The notes: a model not told the origin generated them from the sequence alone. Positions 10,357-20,787 are shown, counted from the first letter of the stretch. The stretch is 56,930 nucleotides of DNA from an uncultured virus (IMG/VR IMGVR_UViG_3300042453_005981) (IMGVR_UViG_3300042453_005981), one strand, 5' to 3'. Made by a program: numbers and translations.

Positions 10357-10620
10357 ATGTCAGAATATCCGATTGTCACCTTACAAAATGAAGTAGAAGT
10401 ACAAGCTGCTATTACCACAAACACTTTCAAGATTTTACAAGTCTTAGAAAATCCTGATGAAATGTGGGTAAATGCCTTTGTTTCTGGAGCTCCACAAAAT
10501 TCATGGGTGTCTGTTTTAAATCCAGAAAATTACACTCATGAATGGACAGATCAAACGGTAGTAGATGCTGTTACCTTATGGGCTGAAACTAATTTCCCTC
10601 CTGCTATAAAAAGATCATGA
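10357..10620 (+). CDS. Hypothetical protein
   Basis: ORF preceded by the AGG(-34)/GAAT(-12) promoter-like motif. Confidence 0.6.
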   Translation: MSEYPIVTLQNEVEVQAAITTNTFKILQVLENPDEMWVNAFVSGAPQNSWVSVLNPENYTHEWTDQTVVDAVTLWAETNFPPAIKRS

Positions 10621-10955
10621 CAAACCTTTACCATTTAAATACAAAAAATTTTAGTACTCATTGTTTTGCTCATACTCCTGAGGAAGCTTTAGAGCACATT
10701 AAAGAAAATTGTAATTTTAGACCATGTTATTCATATGTAATCAAATTGGTAGAAGACGATACACTAAATGAAGATGGTGTTAGTTTTTTGAGAGAAAAGA
10801 ATTTTATTGGTATACCAAAAGTAAAATTCTTTCTACTTAATGGCTCGGAAGCACATTGGTATGATCATTTTCACAATCAGAAAAAAACTCACTCTTTGTG
10901 GTGGTCTGAAAAAGTTCCTGGTTCAGAAAATCTTTGGAAGAAAGAAACCGTATAA
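10617..10955 (+). CDS. Hypothetical protein
   Basis: ATGA overlap with the previous gene. Confidence 0.55.
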   Translation: MTNLYHLNTKNFSTHCFAHTPEEALEHIKENCNFRPCYSYVIKLVEDDTLNEDGVSFLREKNFIGIPKVKFFLLNGSEAHWYDHFHNQKKTHSLWWSEKVPGSENLWKKETV

Positions 10956-10961
10956 TTATTC

Positions 10962-11345
10962 ATGAATGTTAAAAAAGTGAAGTGGTTTACTGAAGAATTA
11001 GTAAAATCTAATCCAGATTGTGTATTTATTTTTGGTGACAATCTTTTAAAAGTGGGTAAAGGTGGTCAAGCTATAATACGTGACCATTTCAACGCTTATG
11101 GAATTCCAACAAAAAAGCACCCTTCAATGTCACAAAATTCATTTTTTTATGATAGTGAGTATGATGATAATTGCCAAATTATTTTATCTGCAATAGATAA
11201 TATCCCAAAGAATTTTTCACAGATTGTGTTCCCTATAGATGGACTGGGGACTGGACTTGCAAAACTTAATGTTACAGCTCCAAAAACATATAAATTTCTG
11301 ATTGATACAATAAATAATAGATTCGGAGATATATATGAATACTGA
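10962..11345 (+). CDS. Conserved phage protein, possibly macrodomain-like
   Basis: VFIFGDN..GKGGQA..AYGIPTK..FP.DGLGTGLA pattern; fold assignment is an inference. Confidence 0.5.
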   Translation: MNVKKVKWFTEELVKSNPDCVFIFGDNLLKVGKGGQAIIRDHFNAYGIPTKKHPSMSQNSFFYDSEYDDNCQIILSAIDNIPKNFSQIVFPIDGLGTGLAKLNVTAPKTYKFLIDTINNRFGDIYEY

Positions 11346-11787
11346 TATGCGAGATAAACTGTGGGAATCATTCCCTGATTTAATTTTTTTTGATGGTCCA
11401 GTAAACGACACATCAATTGTTGGCTTAGCAATGATAGAAGATGATGGGTACCACATTGTCACTGTTTATGACAAAGAAATGGTTTTAAGAGACCTAGTTA
11501 ATTCTAGTGCTGCCGAATCAATAGAAGAAGCAGAGTTAGATGCAATTGAATGGTTTGATTTCAATATTATTGGCGCATATGTTGGGACATTCACTCCTCT
11601 TTTCATTTGTGAAGATTTAGATGAAGATTGTGCAGCTATGAGGTTTTCTGAAAGCTATAGTGATTATTTTAGCCTTAAAGATGTAAATACTTTACTTGAA
11701 TGCTATGATTTAATTAATTCAACAAATAAATTTTTATTTGTTCCTTTGAATGATGCAAATAATTTAGCTGAATTTATAAAAATATGA
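11335..11787 (+). CDS. Hypothetical phage protein
   Basis: Acidic ORF with A.EWFDFNIIGAYVG..TP.F segment. Confidence 0.55.
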   Translation: MNTDMRDKLWESFPDLIFFDGPVNDTSIVGLAMIEDDGYHIVTVYDKEMVLRDLVNSSAAESIEEAELDAIEWFDFNIIGAYVGTFTPLFICEDLDEDCAAMRFSESYSDYFSLKDVNTLLECYDLINSTNKFLFVPLNDANNLAEFIKI

Positions 11788-12134
11788 AAGAAAGGTGGAT
11801 TTTATATTTTGATGGTGCATGCCCTCTGTGTATCAAATCCCAAAATTCTTTGAAAAAGTATTTACCTGAACACATCAAACTCACTGCTGTAGATTTGAAT
11901 AGTCAAATAGCTAAAAATAAAGGATATGATTTAAAACAGGTTGTGCTTGAGACTACAGAAGGTGTTTTCTTTGGGTACAATGCTTGGTTAAAGATTTTAG
12001 CCCAAACAAAATTTGCGTGGGCTACTTCTTTATTTTTCAGACCGTGTTTTATTGTGTGTTATTTTTTAATATCAAAAAACAGAAAAATAATTTCAAAGTT
12101 TTTCATTAACTTTATCAAAAATTATACTTTTTAA
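11784..12134 (+). CDS. DCC1-like (DUF393) thiol-disulfide oxidoreductase
   Basis: N-terminal LYFDGACPLC (DxxCxxC) and C-terminal Y..IS.NR. Confidence 0.8.
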   Translation: MKERWILYFDGACPLCIKSQNSLKKYLPEHIKLTAVDLNSQIAKNKGYDLKQVVLETTEGVFFGYNAWLKILAQTKFAWATSLFFRPCFIVCYFLISKNRKIISKFFINFIKNYTF

Positions 12135-14597
12135 CTCGTCATATTTTTTACCTTGTTCAAGTTCTGGCAAAATATCTGAAAATTCACTTGAATTAATTAC
12201 ATCATACATCGCTTGTTCTTCTATTCCTCTAAGTTCTTGAGGCATATCACCTTGTGTTTTTAAATTATCATCTGTAGTTGGAGTGGGCACTCTTGGAAAC
12301 AAATTTTCCGTATCTTCTGAATCAATAATTGTATCTGAAACTGGCATGTCATTTGCTAAGTTTCCTATTTCATCATCAATTAATTTTGTTGCTTCTGCTG
12401 ATTCACTATCAGTATTTTCATCAAGTATATCTGCAATTCTTGAAAGTCGCACGATGTTTTTTAGAATATTTGCTTTTGTGATGTTGTACATTAATGTTTT
12501 ATTCTCCAATAAATCAAAAGAACCTGTTTTTAAATTTTTACTCAAGTTAAAAGAAACCACTGTGTTTTCACAAAAAGTGAGTAGTTCTAATTCTTTATCA
12601 TCTTTATTTTTGATATCATTGCACCACTGAATTATTTTTTCTAAATCATTATCTGATAATCTTAGTTGCTTGATACAATTTTTTAATTCGTTAATCTTTT
12701 GAAATTTAACTTTGAATGAAGGAGTACTTTGTCTCATTTTGTTTATTTCTTCTTTGAGAGAGCTTAGTTCTTGTTCATTTTCATTCAATGAATTGAGTTT
12801 AAATCTTATGTTTTTTTCTTGTTCAATTATAATTCTTTGCAGTTCTTGATTATAAATTGCATAATTTGATTCTCCAAGTACTGTTCTAATCAAATTAAGA
12901 TATTTTGATTTCATTTCCTTTGGAGATAAATCAAAATAAAAATTTCTCAACATAGATTTTATTTGATTTTTTTGATCTTTTATTGCTGGAAATGTTTTAG
13001 AAATTTTATCAATTACACTATCGTCAATCATCCAAGGTTTAGTTATTTTAATTGATTCTTCTAATATTTTTCTAGAAATTGCTGCATCCAGTTCTTTTTC
13101 TGTCGCAAGTATGAATGAAAGTGCACTAGATTTTATTTTTATTTCAGCATTGTTAGGATTATTGATGTTTAAAAAATTGGATAAAAATTGTTTTTGTTCA
13201 TCAGTTTGATTACATGATTTATACCAAGTGATTAATCTTCCCAAAGGGGTATCACGTTGTGGCGCTCTGTTTACCGTAAAAAGGATATTCTTTTTTGTTA
13301 ATTCCTTTTGAATCATTTTTATAATTTCTTCTGGATTGTCGGTTTTTGGCTCAGTAAAATGTATTATGTTACAATTAATTGTTTTTGCGAAATTATCTTC
13401 TGCATTTACTTTGACTTTGTGTTTAAAATCATATTGAGCAACTTTAAATTCATTTTTACTTAATGATTTATATTCATCAATGTTTGGGTTTTCAGATCTT
13501 TGTTGCAAAAAAGAATCAAATTTTCTTCGATCACTTTCACTTAAGGTGTATCCGAAATATTCACCAACAAGCATTATTTCCGTTTCAATTTCAGGAATTT
13601 CATTTTGTTTTATTTCATTCAAATCGCTTTTTAACACATCGCAAACCACAATGAAGTCAATTAAAAAGTATTCATAAATTGATTCTTCTGGTGATGGAAT
13701 TTTCATTTTTGAGGGAATATATCTTATATTAAAAACTTCTTTTAAAGTAGATAAAACTTTTTTTTCTTTGAGTGATGAATATGTAAATTTAAATTTTTCT
13801 GGAAATTCTTCTACAAATAATTTATTTTCTTTTAATGGTTGAATTCTTTCTTTCAAAAGTTTCAAATCTTCACCATATAAATCACACAAATATGCATAAA
13901 ATTTTTCTTCATTTCTATCTGATTTATTATAGGCTGTATTTAGTTTTTGGAGTATTTTTGTATTATCATCTACCATAGAGCGATAGATTTGTTCAGGTGC
14001 TTCTTCAGACCAAAAATCAAAACCCAAGTCATTTAATTGTCTTTTAAAAGTTTCTTTTCCAAATTCAGTGTCAATTGTTTTTATTCGAGACATGTTTGTT
14101 TCTGAACTTCTTCCCAGCATCTCATTTAATTTATTTAGAACTTCAGATTTTTCCACTGACTTCATGTCTAATTTTTTTTCAAGATCTTCTCTGTTATATT
14201 TCACTGATAATTTTGCTAAAATTTCTTCAGGTAATTGACCATTAATCAAAAATTTGTTCCACCATTGATCAGATTTATATTTAAAAACATTTTTTGACAT
14301 TGTGCCAGCTAAATCTTTAATCTCGTCATCAGTGTAATTTTCTATGCCAGGTGTTTTATTTATTTTTTCTTTGACTTTTTCTTCTATTATTTTATTTCTT
14401 TCGAATCTTAAAAAATTTTGAATTATACTTAAATCAATATTGTTAATCAAATCATAAATAAAATTTTGTGTTATTGTAACTTTGTGTTCAATTATTTCTT
14501 TAAAAATTTCTTCTGTGATTACAGTAGCCCAATATTGTTTTTGAGCTTCGGTTAATTTTGTAGCTGCAAACAAAAGTTTATTTTTTATATCTAACAC
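12093..14597 (-). CDS. Large hypothetical protein (834 aa), candidate virion-internal protein
   Basis: Long charged ORF with GTG start; C-terminal RLSRIADILDE module resembles the N-termini of the 21862 and 27494 proteins. Confidence 0.6.
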   Translation of the reverse strand: MLDIKNKLLFAATKLTEAQKQYWATVITEEIFKEIIEHKVTITQNFIYDLINNIDLSIIQNFLRFERNKIIEEKVKEKINKTPGIENYTDDEIKDLAGTMSKNVFKYKSDQWWNKFLINGQLPEEILAKLSVKYNREDLEKKLDMKSVEKSEVLNKLNEMLGRSSETNMSRIKTIDTEFGKETFKRQLNDLGFDFWSEEAPEQIYRSMVDDNTKILQKLNTAYNKSDRNEEKFYAYLCDLYGEDLKLLKERIQPLKENKLFVEEFPEKFKFTYSSLKEKKVLSTLKEVFNIRYIPSKMKIPSPEESIYEYFLIDFIVVCDVLKSDLNEIKQNEIPEIETEIMLVGEYFGYTLSESDRRKFDSFLQQRSENPNIDEYKSLSKNEFKVAQYDFKHKVKVNAEDNFAKTINCNIIHFTEPKTDNPEEIIKMIQKELTKKNILFTVNRAPQRDTPLGRLITWYKSCNQTDEQKQFLSNFLNINNPNNAEIKIKSSALSFILATEKELDAAISRKILEESIKITKPWMIDDSVIDKISKTFPAIKDQKNQIKSMLRNFYFDLSPKEMKSKYLNLIRTVLGESNYAIYNQELQRIIIEQEKNIRFKLNSLNENEQELSSLKEEINKMRQSTPSFKVKFQKINELKNCIKQLRLSDNDLEKIIQWCNDIKNKDDKELELLTFCENTVVSFNLSKNLKTGSFDLLENKTLMYNITKANILKNIVRLSRIADILDENTDSESAEATKLIDDEIGNLANDMPVSDTIIDSEDTENLFPRVPTPTTDDNLKTQGDMPQELRGIEEQAMYDVINSSEFSDILPELEQGKKYDELKSIIFDKVNEKL

Positions 14598-14646
14598 AAT
14601 CTTATTTTAAAAGAAATTTAATCAAAAACCTACCGTATATATAATA

Positions 14647-15321
14647 ATGATTATAAGCTGTTCGTACAAAAAAAGAGTGGGCAAAGATACATTTTGCCGA
14701 ATTGTTAAAGAACTTTATCCTGATAAGAAGGTGGAAAGAGTAGCTTTCGCTGATGAGCTCAAAAAAGAATTAGACACAATCTTACTTATACCTAATGGCT
14801 TATCAAGAAATATGTTTGAGGATGACAATGTAAAAGAAATTGCCAGACCTTTACTACAAGGATGGGGCACAATTCGTAGAGAGTTTTGTGATAAGAATTA
14901 TTGGGTAAAACTGGCTTTTTGGAGAATGCAAGACCCAGACACAATCTACATTATCACTGACGCAAGATATTTAAATGAAATCGAATTTATCAACTCTCAA
15001 GGTGGGCACACTGTTCATATTAAAAGGGATTTACACGGATATAAGGCGTGGCTCAAAAGTCTTTCACATACTAAGTATTCTTGGGCTTCACACATTCTGC
15101 TCAGACCGTTTTTGATTGTGTTTTATCAGATTGTGTCTAGAAATAAAAAGTTTTTGAGCAAATCTGCAGACCCATCATCTTCTCATTCTTCAGAAACTGA
15201 ATTAGACAATTATCATCATTTGTTTAAATACACAATCGAGAATAATGGAACAGAAGCTGAGTTCAAAGAAAAAATTAAAATAGTTGTAGAAGATATATTT
15301 AAGCAGGAAAAAAAAATTTAA
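14647..15321 (+). CDS. Deoxynucleoside monophosphate kinase (T4 gp1-like) with an internal insertion
   Basis: VGKDT P-loop variant, AFADELK, RPLLQGWG..R, IITDARYLNE, HSSETELD, IENNGT. Confidence 0.8.
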   Translation: MIISCSYKKRVGKDTFCRIVKELYPDKKVERVAFADELKKELDTILLIPNGLSRNMFEDDNVKEIARPLLQGWGTIRREFCDKNYWVKLAFWRMQDPDTIYIITDARYLNEIEFINSQGGHTVHIKRDLHGYKAWLKSLSHTKYSWASHILLRPFLIVFYQIVSRNKKFLSKSADPSSSHSSETELDNYHHLFKYTIENNGTEAEFKEKIKIVVEDIFKQEKKI

Positions 15322-15338
15322 ATACCTAAAAACAGATT

Positions 15339-18164
15339 GTGTGGTATCGGTATTGCAGATTAATTATAGCGAAAAAAGAACATATAATTGCCAAAATTTA
15401 CAATCATTTTAGGGAAGAATATGAAAATTCTCCAAATGATTTATATATTCTTGATGATATAAAAGAAAAATTATTAAAATTAGATGAAATAAATTTTTTT
15501 GATCAAAACATAATTGAATTAAACACTGATAAAAACACTAATAAAAAAACTGTTAATTTTTTAGGAAAAGTTTGTGAAAGTTTAACTGATTTAGCAGAAG
15601 CTGTTGATCCCGTGTACGATGAAGTAATGTACAAAAAAGAATATAAACAAGAAAAGAAAAAACAACAAAGTTTACAAGCTTTAGAGTTTATTGCTGGAGA
15701 AGTTCAAGTATATCCCTGCAATGATGTCAATGATACAATAAGATTTGGAAGGGGTACCACTTGGTGCATTTCTCAACCTGGTACAGGTATTAAAGCTTAT
15801 AACTCATACAGACTTAATCACCAATCTACTTTTTACTATGTGCAAGATGGAACAAGAACAGACAATTTGAAAAGAGTGATGGTAGATATGCAAGCAAACG
15901 GTGTTGTCAAACTCACTGATTTTGGTAACACCACTGGTACAATAGCTGAATTTGGTACAGATTGGCAAGCATATTTTGACTATTTGAAAGAAGAAAAAGA
16001 AGTAGATATTTCTCAATTTGTTAATAAACCATTAACAGAAGAAGAAAAAAAAGAAATCAATACACTTAGTGAAAGAAACACCGATTACGAATGGTTTAAA
16101 AAATTATCATCAGATTATAAATCTAAATATATTGGCATGGGTCATCTTTTGTCTGATGATCAACTAAGATATATTTTGAAAAGTTCTTTGAAAGACATTT
16201 TAATTCGGGAGTACTTGAATACAGGTACCTGTATTACAGAAAGCCAAAAAAATATGTTATTTACAAATAATCAATACAAAAATACTTATGAGTTTAGAAG
16301 AACAAATTATATTAATGAAATAAAAGCACAAGTTACTGAAGATTACAAACTTAAAAATTTAGCACTGGGTTCAAATGATTTCGATTTAATCACAGAACTT
16401 ATAAATGAAGGAAAAATTACAAAAGACCAATTCATGAAAGTTCAGTCTCCTGAAATGTTCTTTTTTTTGATGGATCAAGATTTTGATAAAAAGCGTTTAG
16501 TTGAATCTAATGCAGAACATAATTTTACAATTGACTATTTAAGTTCATTGCCTGCAAACGAGAGCAAAAATCTTTTATCTGGGGTTCTTTTAAGTAATCT
16601 GGCTGCAATTAGAAAACTTTATGCTAATGGTATGATAACTAGCAATAATATAAATTGGTATGCCGTATTTATATGGAATTATGGATTTGAATTTTCAGAT
16701 ATCGAATTGTTTAGTAACTTGTATAAACAAAGTGTTTTTCAGGAAGATATCGATCAAAAATTGAAACAAACTGAAGTTAAAACTCAATATAAAGCAGCTT
16801 TTTACCTTTCCAATAATATTAAAACAGATAAACCAATTGATTTCGCAACTATATTATCTATAGGTATTGATGAAAAGCTTAAAGCTTTTTATTATCAATA
16901 TTTTGATACCTTAACGCCAGATCAAAAAAAATATATTCTTGATAGAGTATCTTTTGGTTATGGAAATAATAATTTCTTAATATCATTGGGTAAAAAAATA
17001 GATTCTCTTGATGAAAAAGATCTATTTAGAGTCATAAACTCAGCTGACGCACAAGCAATGTTTGCTTTATCAAAACAACTTGCAAAAAATGATTTGCAAA
17101 TTTTGATCAACGATGATAAAGCAAGATTCAGTAATCAACTTACCATACAATGGCTTTTAAGTAATAATTTTGATGTGCAAGCCAAGAATATGGATTTTGC
17201 AGCACTTTTTTCTTCTGATCATGAAATAGCAGATTTTGTTTTTGAAAAATTTGAAAACTTAAGTAGTGAGGAACAAAAAAAACTGTTTGGTAGCTTTTAC
17301 GTCCAACCAAAATCTATTAAAGTAGCAAAATATTTATTTGAAAAAGGCGCATCTTATTTCTTAAGGTTTGTTACATTCGACATCATTGATGCAATAATTA
17401 GTTCTATGACTAATCTGCCTTATGAAGCATGGGATAATATTTCAGGTAATGAAAAAATTTATAACAACAACGAATTTATTATGAAGTATATACCAAATTT
17501 AATTGGTAAATTTAGTTTTGCATATAGTGCTCCGTTAAGATTTTTTGACCTTATCTTTGAGAAATTTAACAATTTTGAACGTAATCAAGATTGGATAGTA
17601 AGACAATTTTGTTCTCATAATAAATCTTGCAATGAACAAGTGGCAGAAAAATATATAAAAAAATATCCTAGCTTAAAAGAAGTTATTATTCAAGCTTTTG
17701 TGGATAATTATAGCGGTAAAATTCCTTCAGAAGATTTTATAAATAAATATTACGATGAAATTTCAGAATTTATTGGTTATCTTTATCGCTATAAAAATTT
17801 TACTGAAGATTACATAAGAAAATTTGCTGACAAAATAAAATTTGATAGAGTTCTTATGTCAACAAAAAATTTATCAAATGAATTTTTTGTTGATTTTGAA
17901 GAAAAAATTGCTGAGATTCCTGATCGTGAAATGAATGATATACTAGAAAATACAACGTTACCTGAATATTTTTTGAGTAAATTTGCACATAAATTTAATG
18001 ATTATAATTGGCGCCAAATATCAAGAAAATTTCAATTATCTGAAAATTTTATTATAAAATTTGCAGATAAATTAGATTTTCAATATATTAAATATAATGA
18101 AAATATTCCAGACGTAGTGAAACAAAATTTAAAAGTAAAAGGATATGCAGTTGATATATTATGA
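15339..18164 (+). CDS. Large phage protein (941 aa) with MWY N-terminus and C-terminal LSE.FI.KF.DK.DW-type repeats
   Basis: G.GTTWCISQ..Y..Y..TFYY N-terminal domain; repeats such as FTEDYIRKFADKIKF, LPEYFLSKFAHKF, LSENFIIKFADKLDF. Confidence 0.6.
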   Translation: MWYRYCRLIIAKKEHIIAKIYNHFREEYENSPNDLYILDDIKEKLLKLDEINFFDQNIIELNTDKNTNKKTVNFLGKVCESLTDLAEAVDPVYDEVMYKKEYKQEKKKQQSLQALEFIAGEVQVYPCNDVNDTIRFGRGTTWCISQPGTGIKAYNSYRLNHQSTFYYVQDGTRTDNLKRVMVDMQANGVVKLTDFGNTTGTIAEFGTDWQAYFDYLKEEKEVDISQFVNKPLTEEEKKEINTLSERNTDYEWFKKLSSDYKSKYIGMGHLLSDDQLRYILKSSLKDILIREYLNTGTCITESQKNMLFTNNQYKNTYEFRRTNYINEIKAQVTEDYKLKNLALGSNDFDLITELINEGKITKDQFMKVQSPEMFFFLMDQDFDKKRLVESNAEHNFTIDYLSSLPANESKNLLSGVLLSNLAAIRKLYANGMITSNNINWYAVFIWNYGFEFSDIELFSNLYKQSVFQEDIDQKLKQTEVKTQYKAAFYLSNNIKTDKPIDFATILSIGIDEKLKAFYYQYFDTLTPDQKKYILDRVSFGYGNNNFLISLGKKIDSLDEKDLFRVINSADAQAMFALSKQLAKNDLQILINDDKARFSNQLTIQWLLSNNFDVQAKNMDFAALFSSDHEIADFVFEKFENLSSEEQKKLFGSFYVQPKSIKVAKYLFEKGASYFLRFVTFDIIDAIISSMTNLPYEAWDNISGNEKIYNNNEFIMKYIPNLIGKFSFAYSAPLRFFDLIFEKFNNFERNQDWIVRQFCSHNKSCNEQVAEKYIKKYPSLKEVIIQAFVDNYSGKIPSEDFINKYYDEISEFIGYLYRYKNFTEDYIRKFADKIKFDRVLMSTKNLSNEFFVDFEEKIAEIPDREMNDILENTTLPEYFLSKFAHKFNDYNWRQISRKFQLSENFIIKFADKLDFQYIKYNENIPDVVKQNLKVKGYAVDIL

Positions 18165-18674
18165 GCTCAAAATATGCTTTTTAAATTTATCTAAATCATC
18201 TTTGAAATATAAATTAAATATGGGGATTTTTTTATTCTTAGCTATTCTTAAAGCTTGCCCTGTTCCCCCTTGCCAATTTTCTTCATCATCTACTTCACAA
18301 TAGCAGATAATAAAATCAGATTTTGTTCGGCAATTTTTACCAAGCACTTGATATGTGTTTCTCGCCATTAGTTTTTGTACGCCTTCACTTGTGCCAAATA
18401 AGTTTGGATGAAATTGAAAAGCAATTTCATAAGCTTTTTCACATTGTGCGTAGAGGTCAGAATTATTTCCATTGAAACCTTTCCAGGGGAGATAAATTTC
18501 TTTGAGCCCACAGGCTTTATCACAGCCTTTTTCAAATGCTTTATCAGCTCCATCAGCCCCTCCTGATCTTAAAACATAACCTTTTTTAGCTAAAACAGCG
18601 CCAAGTTTTTCCATTATAACAAGAACGTTTTCTGGTGTTGATCTTGACCCTATTCCTGCATAATATTTTTCCAT
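18159..18674 (-). CDS. SLOG/DprA-like Rossmann-fold phage protein
   Basis: YAGIGSRSTP, LRSGGADGADKAFE, ARN, GGTGQALRIA. Confidence 0.75.
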   Translation of the reverse strand: MEKYYAGIGSRSTPENVLVIMEKLGAVLAKKGYVLRSGGADGADKAFEKGCDKACGLKEIYLPWKGFNGNNSDLYAQCEKAYEIAFQFHPNLFGTSEGVQKLMARNTYQVLGKNCRTKSDFIICYCEVDDEENWQGGTGQALRIAKNKKIPIFNLYFKDDLDKFKKHILSS

Positions 18675-18761
18675 TAATTTATATACGAAAAAAGAATTGT
18701 CATTTTTTATTAGAAATAGAAACTATACGATAAATTTATCGTCTAAAAAATAAGGTCAAAA

Positions 18762-19331
18762 ATGAAAAAAAAAATTTTTAAAATAATCTTTACTGTTGTA
18801 ACCGTTTTTATGCTGGCATCAATTTCTTTTGCACAATTCGATGGAGCTGATAAAAAACTCACTGTGGAATACAAAAATTCAGATGTGAGAGAAGTGGTGA
18901 TTTCAATTCTGAAATCCGTAAATTTGAGCTACACTCTTTTTCCAGAAGTACAAGGACAAGTGACTGTATCAGTAAAGGACGTGCCTCTTTTAACAGTATT
19001 AGAGAACATTCTTCAGCAAGTGGACTGTACATGGTCTTATGCAGGTGGAGTTGTTGTTATCAAAAAAAGAGAATTACCTCCTACCGAACCACAATCTCAA
19101 GAAATTACTTCAACACAATCTGGAAAACCTGCAAAAGTAATCAGAAAACTTATCATTCGCAGTAGTGACCCTTTGCTTATTGCTATGCTGTTAAGTGGAA
19201 GCCAAAATTATTTTGGTTCACCTGAGCCAACACAATCTTCATATTCTTTTGGTGGCTTTGGAAACAATATGATGGGTGGTTTTGGTGGATTTAGTGGGCA
19301 GGGCGGTTTTGGAGGAAATAACCTTAGATAA
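18762..19331 (+). CDS. Secreted secretin N-terminal (STN-like) domain protein lacking the secretin barrel
   Basis: Signal peptide ending SFA-Q; EYKNSDVREVV..VQGQVTVSVKDVPLLTVLENILQQ pattern; Gly-rich tail. Confidence 0.65.
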   Translation: MKKKIFKIIFTVVTVFMLASISFAQFDGADKKLTVEYKNSDVREVVISILKSVNLSYTLFPEVQGQVTVSVKDVPLLTVLENILQQVDCTWSYAGGVVVIKKRELPPTEPQSQEITSTQSGKPAKVIRKLIIRSSDPLLIAMLLSGSQNYFGSPEPTQSSYSFGGFGNNMMGGFGGFSGQGGFGGNNLR

Positions 19332-19333
19332 AA

Positions 19334-19358
19334 AAGGCTTCCATTATGGAAGCCTTTC
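19334..19358. terminator. Bidirectional intrinsic terminator
   Basis: AAAGGCTTCCA-TTA-TGGAAGCCTTT hairpin between convergent genes. Confidence 0.8.
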
Positions 19359-19361
19359 AAA

Positions 19362-19661
19362 TTAGTTGTTTAGATTAGCTATCTCTTCAGCTTGCTCTAA
19401 TGTATAAGAATCAACTAAGCCAAGTGCTGGTTGTTCCAGAGCTTCTGTCGCAGCTTTAACTTTTTCAAGTTCTGACAATATATTACTTAAGTGTTTTTCC
19501 ACTTCTGTAAGTTTTGTCTCAGACCATGTGCCAGCTCTTCCCATTAAAAAGTTCAAATTCATGAATTGTACTTTGTTGTGGAATTTGTTGACAATAATAT
19601 CTATCTTGTAAACGTGCAAAAGCACTTCTTTTAATTTTTCGACTTTTAATTTTTCGTCCAT
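19362..19661 (-). CDS. Hypothetical protein
   Basis: Start MDEKLK chosen from the upstream TGTATAAAATAAAC-ATG leaderless motif. Confidence 0.55.
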   Translation of the reverse strand: MDEKLKVEKLKEVLLHVYKIDIIVNKFHNKVQFMNLNFLMGRAGTWSETKLTEVEKHLSNILSELEKVKAATEALEQPALGLVDSYTLEQAEEIANLNN

Positions 19662-19752
19662 GTTTATTTTATACATTTTTTTCAAAAGCTTAATTGTTTC
19701 TTAACATAATTAAGAAGATTATAGTAACCAAAAAATGTAAATAAATAATGTT

Positions 19753-20784
19753 ATGCTAAAATCTAAAGCTTTCACTTTAATAGAGCTTTTGGTGGTAATT
19801 GCCATCATAGCCATTCTCGCCGCAATTCTGTTCCCTGTTTTCGCTCAAGCAAAATTAGCCGCTAAAAAAGCGTCTGATTTAAGCAATGTTAAACAAATGG
19901 GTCTTGGTATTACTTTATATACAGGTGACAATGATGATATGTATCCTTCTGCTTACTATCACAGAGCTTTTAATCCTGCTCTTGGTGGAACCAACGCTGG
20001 ATATATTCACTGGTCAGGCATGGTGATGCCTTATGTTAAAAACGTACAAATGTTTGTATCACCTGGTGATACCATTCGTGGTCATGCTCCAACATGTTTC
20101 TCTTCAGCTGATAACAATAGTGGCGCAGGTGCTCCAGGCGGACAGGCAGCAAACGTATGTACAGCTAACCCTGCAATTGTTCCACCTCAATTTGTACGAG
20201 GTGGTGCGATTGTGGATGAGCAAGTTCCCCGCATTTCTTACACTGTTAATTCTTTGGTAATTCCTAGATACCGAAATATTGGTGATGTCAATAGAGGCAT
20301 TTCTTTGGTGAGCCAAACTCAGTTGGATAATGTTTCAAACATCATCTTGCTTGCTGGATTTACAAGAAATCTTCCCTGTCTTTCATCAGCTTCTATCACT
20401 TCAACGACTAGAAGTGCATCGCACCGATCAACCAATGCAGTCACAAGAGACTCAGCAAATACTCAGGTTTATTTTGGTAGTCAAGAAGACGGGGCTTCAC
20501 GACCTTCTAGTTTGTTTGCTCTGAATTGGAACAATCTTGCTTCTAGTAATATTTTCAATTTATGTGCAACAAATCCACGAACAGATTACCCTCTCATTGT
20601 GTATCATGGTTATAACAATTGGAATAACTCTGGTGATAATTATGGCATGGCAGATGGTTCTGCTAAATATCGACCATTCAGACAAACAATTGCTCCAACA
20701 AACTATCTTTGGGGGACAAGAGCGTATACTGATGGCAATCTTCCTATCTTAGATCCAGTGTCTGGCTTGCCAGTGCAAGGTTAA
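19753..20784 (+). CDS. Prepilin-type N-terminal cleavage/methylation domain protein (DUF1559-like)
   Basis: AFTLIELLVVIAIIAILAAILFPVFAQAK..DLSNVKQMGLG..Y..D.DD..P and C-terminal NYGMADGSAK. Confidence 0.9.
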   Translation: MLKSKAFTLIELLVVIAIIAILAAILFPVFAQAKLAAKKASDLSNVKQMGLGITLYTGDNDDMYPSAYYHRAFNPALGGTNAGYIHWSGMVMPYVKNVQMFVSPGDTIRGHAPTCFSSADNNSGAGAPGGQAANVCTANPAIVPPQFVRGGAIVDEQVPRISYTVNSLVIPRYRNIGDVNRGISLVSQTQLDNVSNIILLAGFTRNLPCLSSASITSTTRSASHRSTNAVTRDSANTQVYFGSQEDGASRPSSLFALNWNNLASSNIFNLCATNPRTDYPLIVYHGYNNWNNSGDNYGMADGSAKYRPFRQTIAPTNYLWGTRAYTDGNLPILDPVSGLPVQG

Positions 20785-20787
20785 TAA

